Shown in pieces: positions 1 through 8,223 of a DNA stretch of 53,977 nt. Position 1 is the stretch's first letter; each line of letters opens with the position of its first letter. Under the pieces are notes generated by a model that was not told the DNA's origin, made no database searches, and was given only the letters and a program-made list of their open reading frames with translations. Position numbers and translations under genes: made by a program. Source of the stretch: an uncultured bacterium (GTDB lineage Bacteria > Patescibacteriota > Minisyncoccia > Phycocordibacterales > UBA9973); assembly GCA_903907175.1 (NCBI GenBank), contig CAIVNB010000036.1:1-53977 (forward strand), given 5' to 3'.

Positions 1-141
1 ATTATGGAAGGTCTACTACGCAGAATACAAGACCCGTTGTGCCGAACAATGCACAAAATTATGGAAGGTCTACTACGCAGAATACAAGACCCGTTGTGCC
101 GAACAATGCACAAAATTATGGAAGGTCTACTACGCAGAATA
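1..141 (+). repeat. 57-bp perfect tandem repeat, about 2.5 copies, coding
   Basis: 1-57 is identical to 58-114, with a partial third copy at 115-141. Unit length is a multiple of 3 and there are no spacers. Confidence 0.95.
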
Positions 142-218
142 ATGCGTCAAGCTATGTAAGGCCGACGCAGAATAATGCCCCACGTTATAGCAATAGCGGT
201 AGGACATTATTACATTGA
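1..218 (+). CDS. 3' end of an orphan ORF with a 19-aa tandem repeat (NYGRSTTQNTRPVVPNNAQ); 5'-truncated
   Basis: Frame starting at nt 3 reads YGRSTTQNTRPVVPNNAQNYGRSTTQNTRPVVPNNAQNYGRSTTQNNASSYVRPTQNNAPRYSNSGRTLLH, then TGA at 216-218, followed by a terminator. Confidence 0.7.
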   Translation, partial: YGRSTTQNTRPVVPNNAQNYGRSTTQNTRPVVPNNAQNYGRSTTQNNASSYVRPTQNNAPRYSNSGRTLLH

Positions 219-232
219 TTTTCAATATCTTA

Positions 233-280
233 TAAGGGATGACAATTTTTTTTGTCACCCCTTATTTTTTTTGTTTTTTA
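233..280 (+). terminator. Intrinsic terminator
   Basis: TAAGGGATGACAA / TTGTCACCCCTTA stem followed by a T run. Confidence 0.8.
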
Positions 281-306
281 AATACATGTAAGTATTTCGT
301 CCTTAA

Positions 307-465
307 TACGTCGAAATTAATAGAGGTATTGTCAAGGTCTTGACTTATATTTTTAATATGATATACTACAGAAGACGTTAGAAAGATCTTTGAAAAAAAT
401 AGTTTTGGTTTTTCTTCTATTGGTCTTCCCAGCTTTTTGAAAAAGGTTGAGAAGGCCAATAGAAG
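307..465 (+). promoter_or_regulatory. Orphan-gene leader cassette copy 1: sigma70 promoter, boxA-like motif, ~24-bp hairpin
   Basis: TTGACT 340-345, TGaTATACT 359-367, AGATCTTTGAAA 384-395, hairpin 414-465. Confidence 0.75.
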
Positions 466-501
466 CCTTCATGTATGTTTAATTTAAAACCAAATCCTAT
501 T

Positions 502-1368
502 ATGAAAAATTTAGTTTTAATGCTCGTTGTTGGTTTTATTTTTCTTGTAGGCTGCAAAGGGCCTAAGGAAATAACCAAATCAGCTTCAACTGAAAAGATT
601 GAAGCAGTACTGATGCCTTTTACTCAGGCATACCTACACGACCTCTCACCGGAGGATTCTGTAATTTGTTTGAATAATACTTATTTTCGTAACAGTTGCC
701 AGATTGTTATATCTTTAAGGATATTTCAGCCTCATAAGCCATTTAAAGTAGAAAATGGTATTCCCTGCAAACAGAACAATGACGTCATAGTCATAAGGAA
801 AGTCTTAAAAATGACGCCTGGGAACATCAAAGATGTGAAATTTTACAAAAGCAATCCAAAAGTGATGCTTGCCCTCCTTGTGTCTTTTGATCAAGGGGAT
901 GCAACCTATCAATTACAATTCTTCCGTCGGGAAGATGGGACATTCACCTTATCTGCAAAAGCAAAGATGTTATACGACGGCAAGTCGTATGATGTCGATG
1001 CCACAGTTTCTTCTTCTGAAGATTGCATTCTCGTATTTTATGGAGACGAGAAGAAGGATCCGAAAGTGGATGAAGATAATGCAAAAGGAATCAATGTTGG
1101 CTCAAGTGCTAATGCGAGTACAAGTACCAAAGAAAGTGTAGGTGCAAATACTGGCAGTTCACCCATTCCTGCGAATGGTCAGGAACCTAAGAAACAGTTA
1201 GATAATCATGAGTTTCTTTTTGGCACAACTTCTCCTACTCAGGTCGTTGAAAAAAAGACCGACGAGGTAAAAACTCCACCTTCTGCCCCGGCAGAGCAAA
1301 GCGTTGTGACGGATGTAAAAAATCCTCCCAACCCTCCTGTTCAAAAAAAGCAGGTGAAAAAAAAGTAA
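502..1368 (+). CDS. Orphan putative lipoprotein with low-complexity Pro/Lys-rich C-terminus
   Basis: ORF 475-1368. Likely start at 502: MKNLVLMLVVGFIFLVG|C has a hydrophobic core and LVGC lipobox. No family recognised. Confidence 0.75.
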   Translation: MKNLVLMLVVGFIFLVGCKGPKEITKSASTEKIEAVLMPFTQAYLHDLSPEDSVICLNNTYFRNSCQIVISLRIFQPHKPFKVENGIPCKQNNDVIVIRKVLKMTPGNIKDVKFYKSNPKVMLALLVSFDQGDATYQLQFFRREDGTFTLSAKAKMLYDGKSYDVDATVSSSEDCILVFYGDEKKDPKVDEDNAKGINVGSSANASTSTKESVGANTGSSPIPANGQEPKKQLDNHEFLFGTTSPTQVVEKKTDEVKTPPSAPAEQSVVTDVKNPPNPPVQKKQVKKK

Positions 1369-1399
1369 TCGTGCAATTATAATAATAATGCATTTAACC

Positions 1400-1436
1400 A
1401 AAACCGGGACCAAAGGATTCCGGTTTTTTTCTTTTA
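1400..1436 (+). terminator. Intrinsic terminator
   Basis: AAAACCGGGA / TTCCGGTTTT stem plus T tract. Confidence 0.8.
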
Positions 1437-1496
1437 TTTAGTTAGATAATTAGATATTTTTATTACATTTTATATATGAAATAATTTCATATCTGG

Positions 1497-1660
1497 TACG
1501 TCTAAGTTAATGAATTTAGGTAGTGTAGCACTTGACTTATAAACCACGACATGATATACTACTGACGTTAAATAGCTCTTTAAAAACGTTTATTTTTAGC
1601 TTATTTTGATTAGTTTTCCTAGTATTTCTATAGGAATATTGGGATAACTAATCAAGATAA
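1497..1660 (+). promoter_or_regulatory. Orphan-gene leader cassette copy 2: sigma70 promoter, boxA-like motif, 28-bp hairpin
   Basis: TTGACT 1532-1537, TGaTATACT 1552-1560, AGCTCTTTAAAA 1574-1585, hairpin arms 1601-1628 / 1633-1660. Confidence 0.8.
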
Positions 1661-1691
1661 ACAATAATAACGAAAAAATAAAAAAACGGGT

Positions 1692-2303
1692 ATGGTACAC
1701 AGGATTATTCTTTTTTTGGTTTTAACCATCGGGTTAACCCAGAACGGTCAAGGGCAGTCGACAGTGTCCTACGAAAGAACCAATTACGTCACAGTAGCCG
1801 ACGTAAAAAAATATGCCCTGGACAATAACAGCTGGGGGAAAAAACTTGTAAAAAACGTGAACCACGCATTATCTAATGCTGGGGAGAGTTTAGATCTGAC
1901 TGAGAGAGATATTCCTTGGATATTCAATCACATTTCTTATGAATATTCGGGAGAAGATATGGCTCCCGTTTTCCGTTATGGGAGATGTTCCTTCATTGTG
2001 TTTGAGACTAGAAATTCAAATCAGGTAAAACTGACTTGTTCAAACACATGGACGAAAAGTTCTCGCGAGAAAACCTATGCATCCAGAGAAAAAGAGTGGT
2101 CATATGAAGCTCCGAAGTTGGATCTTCAAAAAGAAGAAGGGAAAAAGAAGTTCCGCTTCGGTCCACTTATCATTTCTGCAAGTATCGCAACTTTTCTCGG
2201 ACAGGTTATAGGAGGATATTTTATCTGGAAAAATCAACAGCCAGGACCTTCTTCTCCTCCTGAAGATACAGGATCACCAGTAACTCCTCCTGGTGGACCA
2301 TGA
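1692..2303 (+). CDS. Orphan secreted/membrane-anchored protein (signal peptide, C-terminal TM helix, Pro-rich tail)
   Basis: N-terminal MVHRIILFLVLTIGLTQNGQG|Q; TM segment LIISASIATFLGQVIGGYFIW; no family recognised. Confidence 0.75.
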   Translation: MVHRIILFLVLTIGLTQNGQGQSTVSYERTNYVTVADVKKYALDNNSWGKKLVKNVNHALSNAGESLDLTERDIPWIFNHISYEYSGEDMAPVFRYGRCSFIVFETRNSNQVKLTCSNTWTKSSREKTYASREKEWSYEAPKLDLQKEEGKKKFRFGPLIISASIATFLGQVIGGYFIWKNQQPGPSSPPEDTGSPVTPPGGP

Positions 2304-2309
2304 TATTTT

Positions 2310-2357
2310 TTGTGAAGCAAGCAGACGAATTTTATTTGTTTGCTTCACAACTTTTTT
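2310..2357 (+). terminator. Intrinsic terminator
   Basis: TTGTGAAGCAAGCAGA / TTTGTTTGCTTCACAA stem followed by CTTTTTT. Confidence 0.8.
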
Positions 2358-2445
2358 AAGTCTTGAACGTTTCGAAAACGTTAAAGGTTTAAAATTGTAA
2401 ATTTCCGCCAGGGGCGGATAAAAATTAAAAAAATTATTAGTAATT

Positions 2446-4698
2446 ATGAAAAATAATATGAAAAAAATAATAATATCGTTGTTTGCTTTTGCTTTCCTTT
2501 TTATGGGGAATAGTGTTTTTGCGTATGTGTCTTGGAATACAAGTTCAAACGACTGCCCAGGTAGTGGTATAGGGAATTACACTACGGGTGCAGGTATTCC
2601 ACCAACTGGTTCGAATAACTGCTGGAATCTTACAAACGTATCAGCAACTCCAGGACAGACAATCAACGTTCAATTGTATTATCACAACACAGGCAATCAA
2701 CCTGCCACAAATACTAAAGTTTATATATCAGTTTCTCCTGCAATAGGGACTGCATCTACTGTTCATACTTTCACAAGTAGTCTCACTGCTTCTCCATCAG
2801 GAACAGCTCTAGGCACTACAACTCTCACACTTCCAACTGCTCAGGCATTAACTTTTGGTTCTACTTACTGGTATCCAAATCAAAGTAGCACTCCTATCAT
2901 GAGTGGCAGTGAAATTATTACTTCAAACGGTCTTTATCTTGGAACAATAAATCAGGGATGGCCTTCACAAGGTTCTGTTGTTGTAAGTTTTCAAGTCAAC
3001 AATCCACCCCCTTGTTCTATAACAAATTTTAACGCAAATCCAAACCAAATTAATCTAGGAGGTTCTTCGACATTGTCTTGGGCCACCAATAATTGTGTTT
3101 CAGCAAGCATCTCTCCAGGTATCGGTAATGTAAATCCTTCCAGTGGTTCTCAGATAGTTTACCCAACTCAAACAACCACTTACACCTTAACTGCAACAGG
3201 AGCAAATGGGGGACCTATATATCAGACAAAAACAGTGACAGTTCTACAACCCAATTGTTCAATCACTAATTTTAATGCAAATCCAAATCAAATTAATTTA
3301 GGAGGTTCTTCGACATTGTCTTGGGCTACTAGTAATTGTTTATATACAAATATTTCAACAATTGGAAATGTTCCAACTTCAGGTTCTCAGGTAGTTTCTC
3401 CAACTATCACCACTACTTATGTATTAACAGCAACAGGAGCAAATGGAGCAAGTGTTACTCAGTCAAAAACGGTAACAGTAATTCAACCTAATTGTTCAAT
3501 CACTAATTTCAATGCAAGTCCTAATCAGATTAATTTAGGTCAGTCTTCAACATTATCTTGGGCTACCAATAATTGTGTTTCAGCAAGCATCTCTCCGGGT
3601 ATTGGAAATGTAAATCTTACTGGTTCACAAGTTGTGTATCCAACCCAAACCACTACTTACACATTAACTGCAACAGGAGCAAATGGTAGTTCTATTTATC
3701 AGACAAAGACAGTCATAGTTCTTCAACCTAATTGTTCAATCACTAATTTCAACGCAAGTCCTTCTTCTATAAATTTGGGCCAATCTTCAACATTGTCTTG
3801 GGCTACTAGTAATTGTACATATGTAAGTATCTCAACAATAGGGAATGTGAATCTTTCTGGCTCACAAATTGTGTATCCAATTCAAACTACTACTTATGTC
3901 CTAACAGCAACTGGAGCAAATGGATCAAGTGTTACTCAATCAAAAACTGTAACAGTAATTCAGCCAAATTGTTCAATCACTAATTTTAATGCAAGTCCTA
4001 ATCAGATTAATCTAGGTCAGTCATCAACTTTGTCTTGGGCTACTAGCAACTGTACATATATAAGCATCTCGGGTATTGGAAACGTAAATCCTACCGGTTC
4101 ACAAGTTGTGTATCCAACCCAAACCACTACCTACACACTAACTGCAACAGGTTCAAACGGATCATCTATTTACCAAACAGTTACTGTAACCGTTCTACAA
4201 TCAAATTGTTCAATCACTAACTTTATTGCAAGTCCAAACCAAATTACTTCAGGTCAACCTTCAACATTAACTTGGGCTACTAACAATTGTACTTCAGCAA
4301 GTATCACAGGAGTTGGAAGTGTTCCAGTAAATGGTTCACAAATAGTTTACCCAAGCGGGACTACTACCTACACTTTAACTGCATATGGATCAAATGGATC
4401 ACCAGTAACTCAATCTGTTACTGTGACCGTAAATCAATCTAGTTGTACAATCAATAGCTTTACTGCAAATCCAAATCAAATTACCCTAGGTCAATCTTCA
4501 ACATTGTCTTGGAACACAACTAATTGTATTTCAGTAAATATTTCAAATGTCGGAAACGTAAATCCTACCGGTTCACAAGTTGTGTATCCAAATCAATCGA
4601 CTACTTATATCTTAACTGCTTATGGTTCTAATGGGCTATCTATCTATCAAACAGTAAGAATTACAGTCAATAATTATAAATTAGACAGAGCACGTTAA
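2446..4698 (+). CDS. Secreted protein with an N-terminal beta domain and 7 Cys-paired ~80-aa Ig/PKD-like repeats; no membrane anchor
   Basis: Signal peptide ending VFA; seven copies of CSITNFxAxPxxIxxGxSSTLSWxTxNC...TTTYxLTAxG. Confidence 0.85.
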   Translation: MKNNMKKIIISLFAFAFLFMGNSVFAYVSWNTSSNDCPGSGIGNYTTGAGIPPTGSNNCWNLTNVSATPGQTINVQLYYHNTGNQPATNTKVYISVSPAIGTASTVHTFTSSLTASPSGTALGTTTLTLPTAQALTFGSTYWYPNQSSTPIMSGSEIITSNGLYLGTINQGWPSQGSVVVSFQVNNPPPCSITNFNANPNQINLGGSSTLSWATNNCVSASISPGIGNVNPSSGSQIVYPTQTTTYTLTATGANGGPIYQTKTVTVLQPNCSITNFNANPNQINLGGSSTLSWATSNCLYTNISTIGNVPTSGSQVVSPTITTTYVLTATGANGASVTQSKTVTVIQPNCSITNFNASPNQINLGQSSTLSWATNNCVSASISPGIGNVNLTGSQVVYPTQTTTYTLTATGANGSSIYQTKTVIVLQPNCSITNFNASPSSINLGQSSTLSWATSNCTYVSISTIGNVNLSGSQIVYPIQTTTYVLTATGANGSSVTQSKTVTVIQPNCSITNFNASPNQINLGQSSTLSWATSNCTYISISGIGNVNPTGSQVVYPTQTTTYTLTATGSNGSSIYQTVTVTVLQSNCSITNFIASPNQITSGQPSTLTWATNNCTSASITGVGSVPVNGSQIVYPSGTTTYTLTAYGSNGSPVTQSVTVTVNQSSCTINSFTANPNQITLGQSSTLSWNTTNCISVNISNVGNVNPTGSQVVYPNQSTTYILTAYGSNGLSIYQTVRITVNNYKLDRAR

Positions 4699-4719
4699 AA
4701 TTAATCATTTATTAATAAT

Positions 4720-7700
4720 ATGAAAAATTACATTACAAAAAAAACAATAATAATTCTAGGTCTTGCTTTCCTTCTTTTGGGAGGTAATGTTTTTGCCAAA
4801 AATCTTGCACCGCTAAGTTGTTCAATCACCAGTTTTAACGCAAATCAAACTACCATTTATCTAGGTCAATCTTCAACATTGTCTTGGAGTACGAATGATT
4901 GTGTGTTGGCAAATATTTCTCCGAACGTTGGTAACGTAAACACAACAGGAACTCAAGCTGTATATCCGACCAGTACAACTACCTACACCTTAACTGCATA
5001 TGGAGCAAATGGAACTTCAGTAACTCAATCTTTGATTATAAATGTTCTTCCGCAAGCTTGTTCGATTTCTAGTTTCAATGCATATCCAACTTCTATTAGT
5101 CCAGGTCAATCCTCAACACTATCTTGGAGTACAAATGATTGTGTATCAGCAAGTATTTCTCCGAACGTTGGTAACGTAAACACAACAGGAACTCAAGCTG
5201 TATATCCAATGACTACAACTACTTATACATTGACTGCATACGGAGCAAACGGAACTTCAGTAACTCAATCTTTAACCATAGCTGTTCAACAGTCAGCTTG
5301 TTCAATAGTAAATTTTAACGCAATTCCTTCTGTTATCAATTTAGGGCAATTCTCGACTTTATCTTGGGCTACTAATAATTGTACTTCAGTAACTATTTCA
5401 AATCTTAACTATCTTGTTCCTACCTCGGGATCTCAAGATGTATATCCAACTGCTACAACTACATATGTTTTGACTGCGTACGGAGTAAATGGGTCAACAG
5501 TTACTCAATCTAAAACTGTGACTGTAACTCAACAAAATTGTTCAATAGTAAATTTTAATGCAAACCCGAATACTATTACTTCAGGTCAATCTTCAACACT
5601 GACTTGGGTTACTAATAACTGTACCTCAGTAAGTATTTCAAATATTGGAAGTGTCTCAGTAAATGGTTCACAAACAGTATCTCCAATTATCACTACTACA
5701 TATGTTTTGACTGCTACAGGTTCTAGTGGAATCCCATTAACTCAATCTCAAACTGTGACTGTAAATCAGGTTCAAAATAATTGTTCAATTTCAAGTTTCT
5801 TGGCAAATCCAACCTCAATAAATTCAGGTGGATCTTCCACTCTAACTTGGGCTACTAATAATTGTACTTCTGTAACTATTTCAAATCTTGGATACAATGT
5901 TCCAACTTCAGGGACTCAAGTTATTTATCCAACTCAAACGACTACGTATTTGTTAACAGCATATGATGCAAATGGAACTTCAGTAACCCAATCTCAAACT
6001 GTAACTGTGAATCAAATTCAGAATTGTTCAATTTCAAGTTTTTCTGCAAACCCAACTTATTTAAATTCAAGTGGCTCCTCAACCCTAACTTGGGCTACTA
6101 GCAATTGTACTTCTGTAAATATCTCAAATATTGGAAGTGTTTCAGTTAGTGGTTCACAGGTAGTGTATCCAACAGTTACCACTACTTATGTTTTAACTGC
6201 ATATGGGGGAAGTGGAGCATCAGTAACACAATCTGTCACCGTAACAGTAAATCAAGTTCAGAATTGTTCTATTTCTTACTTTTCTGCAAGTCCAACATAT
6301 TTAAATTCAAGTGGTTCATCAACTCTCTCTTGGGCTACTAATAATTGTACTTCTGTAACTATTTCAAATCTTGGATACAATGTTCCAACTTCTGGAACTC
6401 AAGTTATTTATCCAACATATACAACTTCTTATACCTTAACTGCTTATGGATCAAATGGAACACCAGTAACGCAGTCTGTTACAATAACAGTAAATAATCA
6501 ATTCCAAAATTGTTCTATCACAAACTTTACAGTAAATGGTTCTTCAAGTGCTACAGTACAGTCAGGTAGTGCTGTAAATTTATACTGGAATACGACTGGC
6601 AATTGTTCTGTAAATATCTCTGGTCCTAATTTTAACAGTAGTAATGCAAGTGGAAGTCAAACAATATATCCAACATATTCTGGTACTTATACTTTAGTTG
6701 CATATGGTTCAGGTTCCGGAAATCAGACACAAAGTGTTTATGTGAATGTGAATAGTAATCAATATAATAATTGTACAATTTCAAGTTTTAGCGCAAGTCC
6801 AACTTCTATAAATTATGGCGGGCTCTCAACATTATCTTGGAGTACGAGCAATTGTTCATCTGTAAGTATTACAAATATTGGAAGTGTAAATAACTATGGT
6901 AGTCAGACAGTATATCCTACAAGTACTACGAATTACATCATCAATGCCTACGGTTCGAATGGTGGGATACCAGTTACTCAAACCATACAAATTTATGTAA
7001 ATAATTATGTCCCTCCTCCAACTCCAATTTACAATACTTGTGCAGTAACTGGAGTTGCTACAAATATTACAAAAAATAGTGTTACCTTAAATGGATTAAT
7101 TACAAATAATTTAAATTCATATGGTGCTAATACATATTTTGAATATGGTACGACAGTAGATCTAGGGCGACAAACAAATCCTCGATCAGCTAGTGGTAAT
7201 ACCACATTTAGTGAAACACTTACAGGTCTTTCCACGAACACGATATATTTTTATCGTTTAGTTTCAAATTGTAACAATAATATCTCGAGAGGAGCAATTG
7301 AAATATTTCAAACTTCTGGGTCAGCAACCACGACAACAATAATCAATCAAGGTACAACAATAATAGGAACAGAATCTCCTATTATGTTAAGAATTGAGAA
7401 TCGCTACCAGTCATTTAGAGTAGGTGATAGTGTTGATTATACAGTTACTTATAAAAATATAAGTAACAAGACATTGACTCGTCCAATCTTGCAGGTAATT
7501 ATCCCAAAAGGGATAACTTTCTTAAACTCTTCACGTGGTACATATTCAAATAATACATATACACTTACGGTTTCACTTGAAGATTTAACTCCAAACTTAG
7601 AAGGTGTAGTTTACGTACAAGGACGAGTTGATTCTATTGATTCTGGTAATGCTCAGATAGTAACAACAGCACTTCTTGTCTATACCAATAAAAATGGTGC

Positions 7701-7920
7701 TCAAGAAAACGCAATGGCTTATGTCTTAAATAATCCTATGGGGAATAATTCACTTACTGCAGCTGCGTTCTTCTCAGGATTTTGGGGGCTTGGAGTTATT
7801 GGGTGGTTGTTAGTTTTAATCATCATACTATTGTTGATTTTACTCTTCCGAAAATATTTATATCGAAGACCATTCAACACAACTACAACTACACACACAG
7901 ATACTCACGAACAATACTAA
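4720..7920 (+). CDS. Cell-surface protein: 9 Cys-paired Ig/PKD-like repeats, Fn3-like domain, DUF11-like domain, C-terminal TM anchor
   Basis: Signal peptide ending VFA; same repeat x9; ATNITKNSVTLNG...YFEYG...GLSTNTIYFYRLV (Fn3-like); GDSVDYTVTYKN...IPKGITF (DUF11-like); TM segment VIGWLLVLIIILLLILLF followed by RK. Confidence 0.85.
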   Translation: MKNYITKKTIIILGLAFLLLGGNVFAKNLAPLSCSITSFNANQTTIYLGQSSTLSWSTNDCVLANISPNVGNVNTTGTQAVYPTSTTTYTLTAYGANGTSVTQSLIINVLPQACSISSFNAYPTSISPGQSSTLSWSTNDCVSASISPNVGNVNTTGTQAVYPMTTTTYTLTAYGANGTSVTQSLTIAVQQSACSIVNFNAIPSVINLGQFSTLSWATNNCTSVTISNLNYLVPTSGSQDVYPTATTTYVLTAYGVNGSTVTQSKTVTVTQQNCSIVNFNANPNTITSGQSSTLTWVTNNCTSVSISNIGSVSVNGSQTVSPIITTTYVLTATGSSGIPLTQSQTVTVNQVQNNCSISSFLANPTSINSGGSSTLTWATNNCTSVTISNLGYNVPTSGTQVIYPTQTTTYLLTAYDANGTSVTQSQTVTVNQIQNCSISSFSANPTYLNSSGSSTLTWATSNCTSVNISNIGSVSVSGSQVVYPTVTTTYVLTAYGGSGASVTQSVTVTVNQVQNCSISYFSASPTYLNSSGSSTLSWATNNCTSVTISNLGYNVPTSGTQVIYPTYTTSYTLTAYGSNGTPVTQSVTITVNNQFQNCSITNFTVNGSSSATVQSGSAVNLYWNTTGNCSVNISGPNFNSSNASGSQTIYPTYSGTYTLVAYGSGSGNQTQSVYVNVNSNQYNNCTISSFSASPTSINYGGLSTLSWSTSNCSSVSITNIGSVNNYGSQTVYPTSTTNYIINAYGSNGGIPVTQTIQIYVNNYVPPPTPIYNTCAVTGVATNITKNSVTLNGLITNNLNSYGANTYFEYGTTVDLGRQTNPRSASGNTTFSETLTGLSTNTIYFYRLVSNCNNNISRGAIEIFQTSGSATTTTIINQGTTIIGTESPIMLRIENRYQSFRVGDSVDYTVTYKNISNKTLTRPILQVIIPKGITFLNSSRGTYSNNTYTLTVSLEDLTPNLEGVVYVQGRVDSIDSGNAQIVTTALLVYTNKNGAQENAMAYVLNNPMGNNSLTAAAFFSGFWGLGVIGWLLVLIIILLLILLFRKYLYRRPFNTTTTTHTDTHEQY

Positions 7921-7926
7921 AATAAT

Positions 7927-7964
7927 AAACAAAAAAACCCACGAATTGTGGGTTTTTTTGTTTT
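7927..7964 (+). terminator. Intrinsic terminator
   Basis: AAACAAAAAAACCCAC / GTGGGTTTTTTTGTTT inverted repeat. Confidence 0.85.
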
Positions 7965-8070
7965 GGTATTTAAGGTATTTATGTTATTCTATTTTCAATA
8001 AATAGTTCATTGGTTATAAAAGGGCGGGAGTCTTTTTAGCCTTAATTAAAGACACGATAAATATTTTTAT

Positions 8071-8178
8071 ATGGAGACAAAGCGCTGGGTTGTTCTCGGT
8101 ATTTTAGCCGCTTTTGCAATAGGTATATATATCTTAAAAAAAATTAAGGAATCAAAAAAACCACGTTCAGGATGGTGA
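8071..8178 (+). CDS. Unannotated 35-aa single-TM peptide (METKRWVVLGILAAFAIGIYILKKIKESKKPRSGW)
   Basis: ATG 8071, TGA 8176-8178. One hydrophobic helix with a basic tail. Upstream promoter (TTGGTA 7963-7968, TGtTATTCT 7982-7990) and downstream terminator. Confidence 0.65.
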   Translation: METKRWVVLGILAAFAIGIYILKKIKESKKPRSGW

Positions 8179-8191
8179 TAAAACGTAATCT

Positions 8192-8223
8192 ATCCCACAT
8201 GCGAGACATGTGGGAATTTTTTT
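8192..8223. terminator. Terminator between convergent genes
   Basis: TCCCACATG / CATGTGGGA stem followed by T run. Confidence 0.75.

Noticed and set aside
1..141. Possible CRISPR array
   Set aside because: Units are contiguous and identical with no unique spacers, 57 bp is a codon multiple in an open frame, and no cas genes are present.
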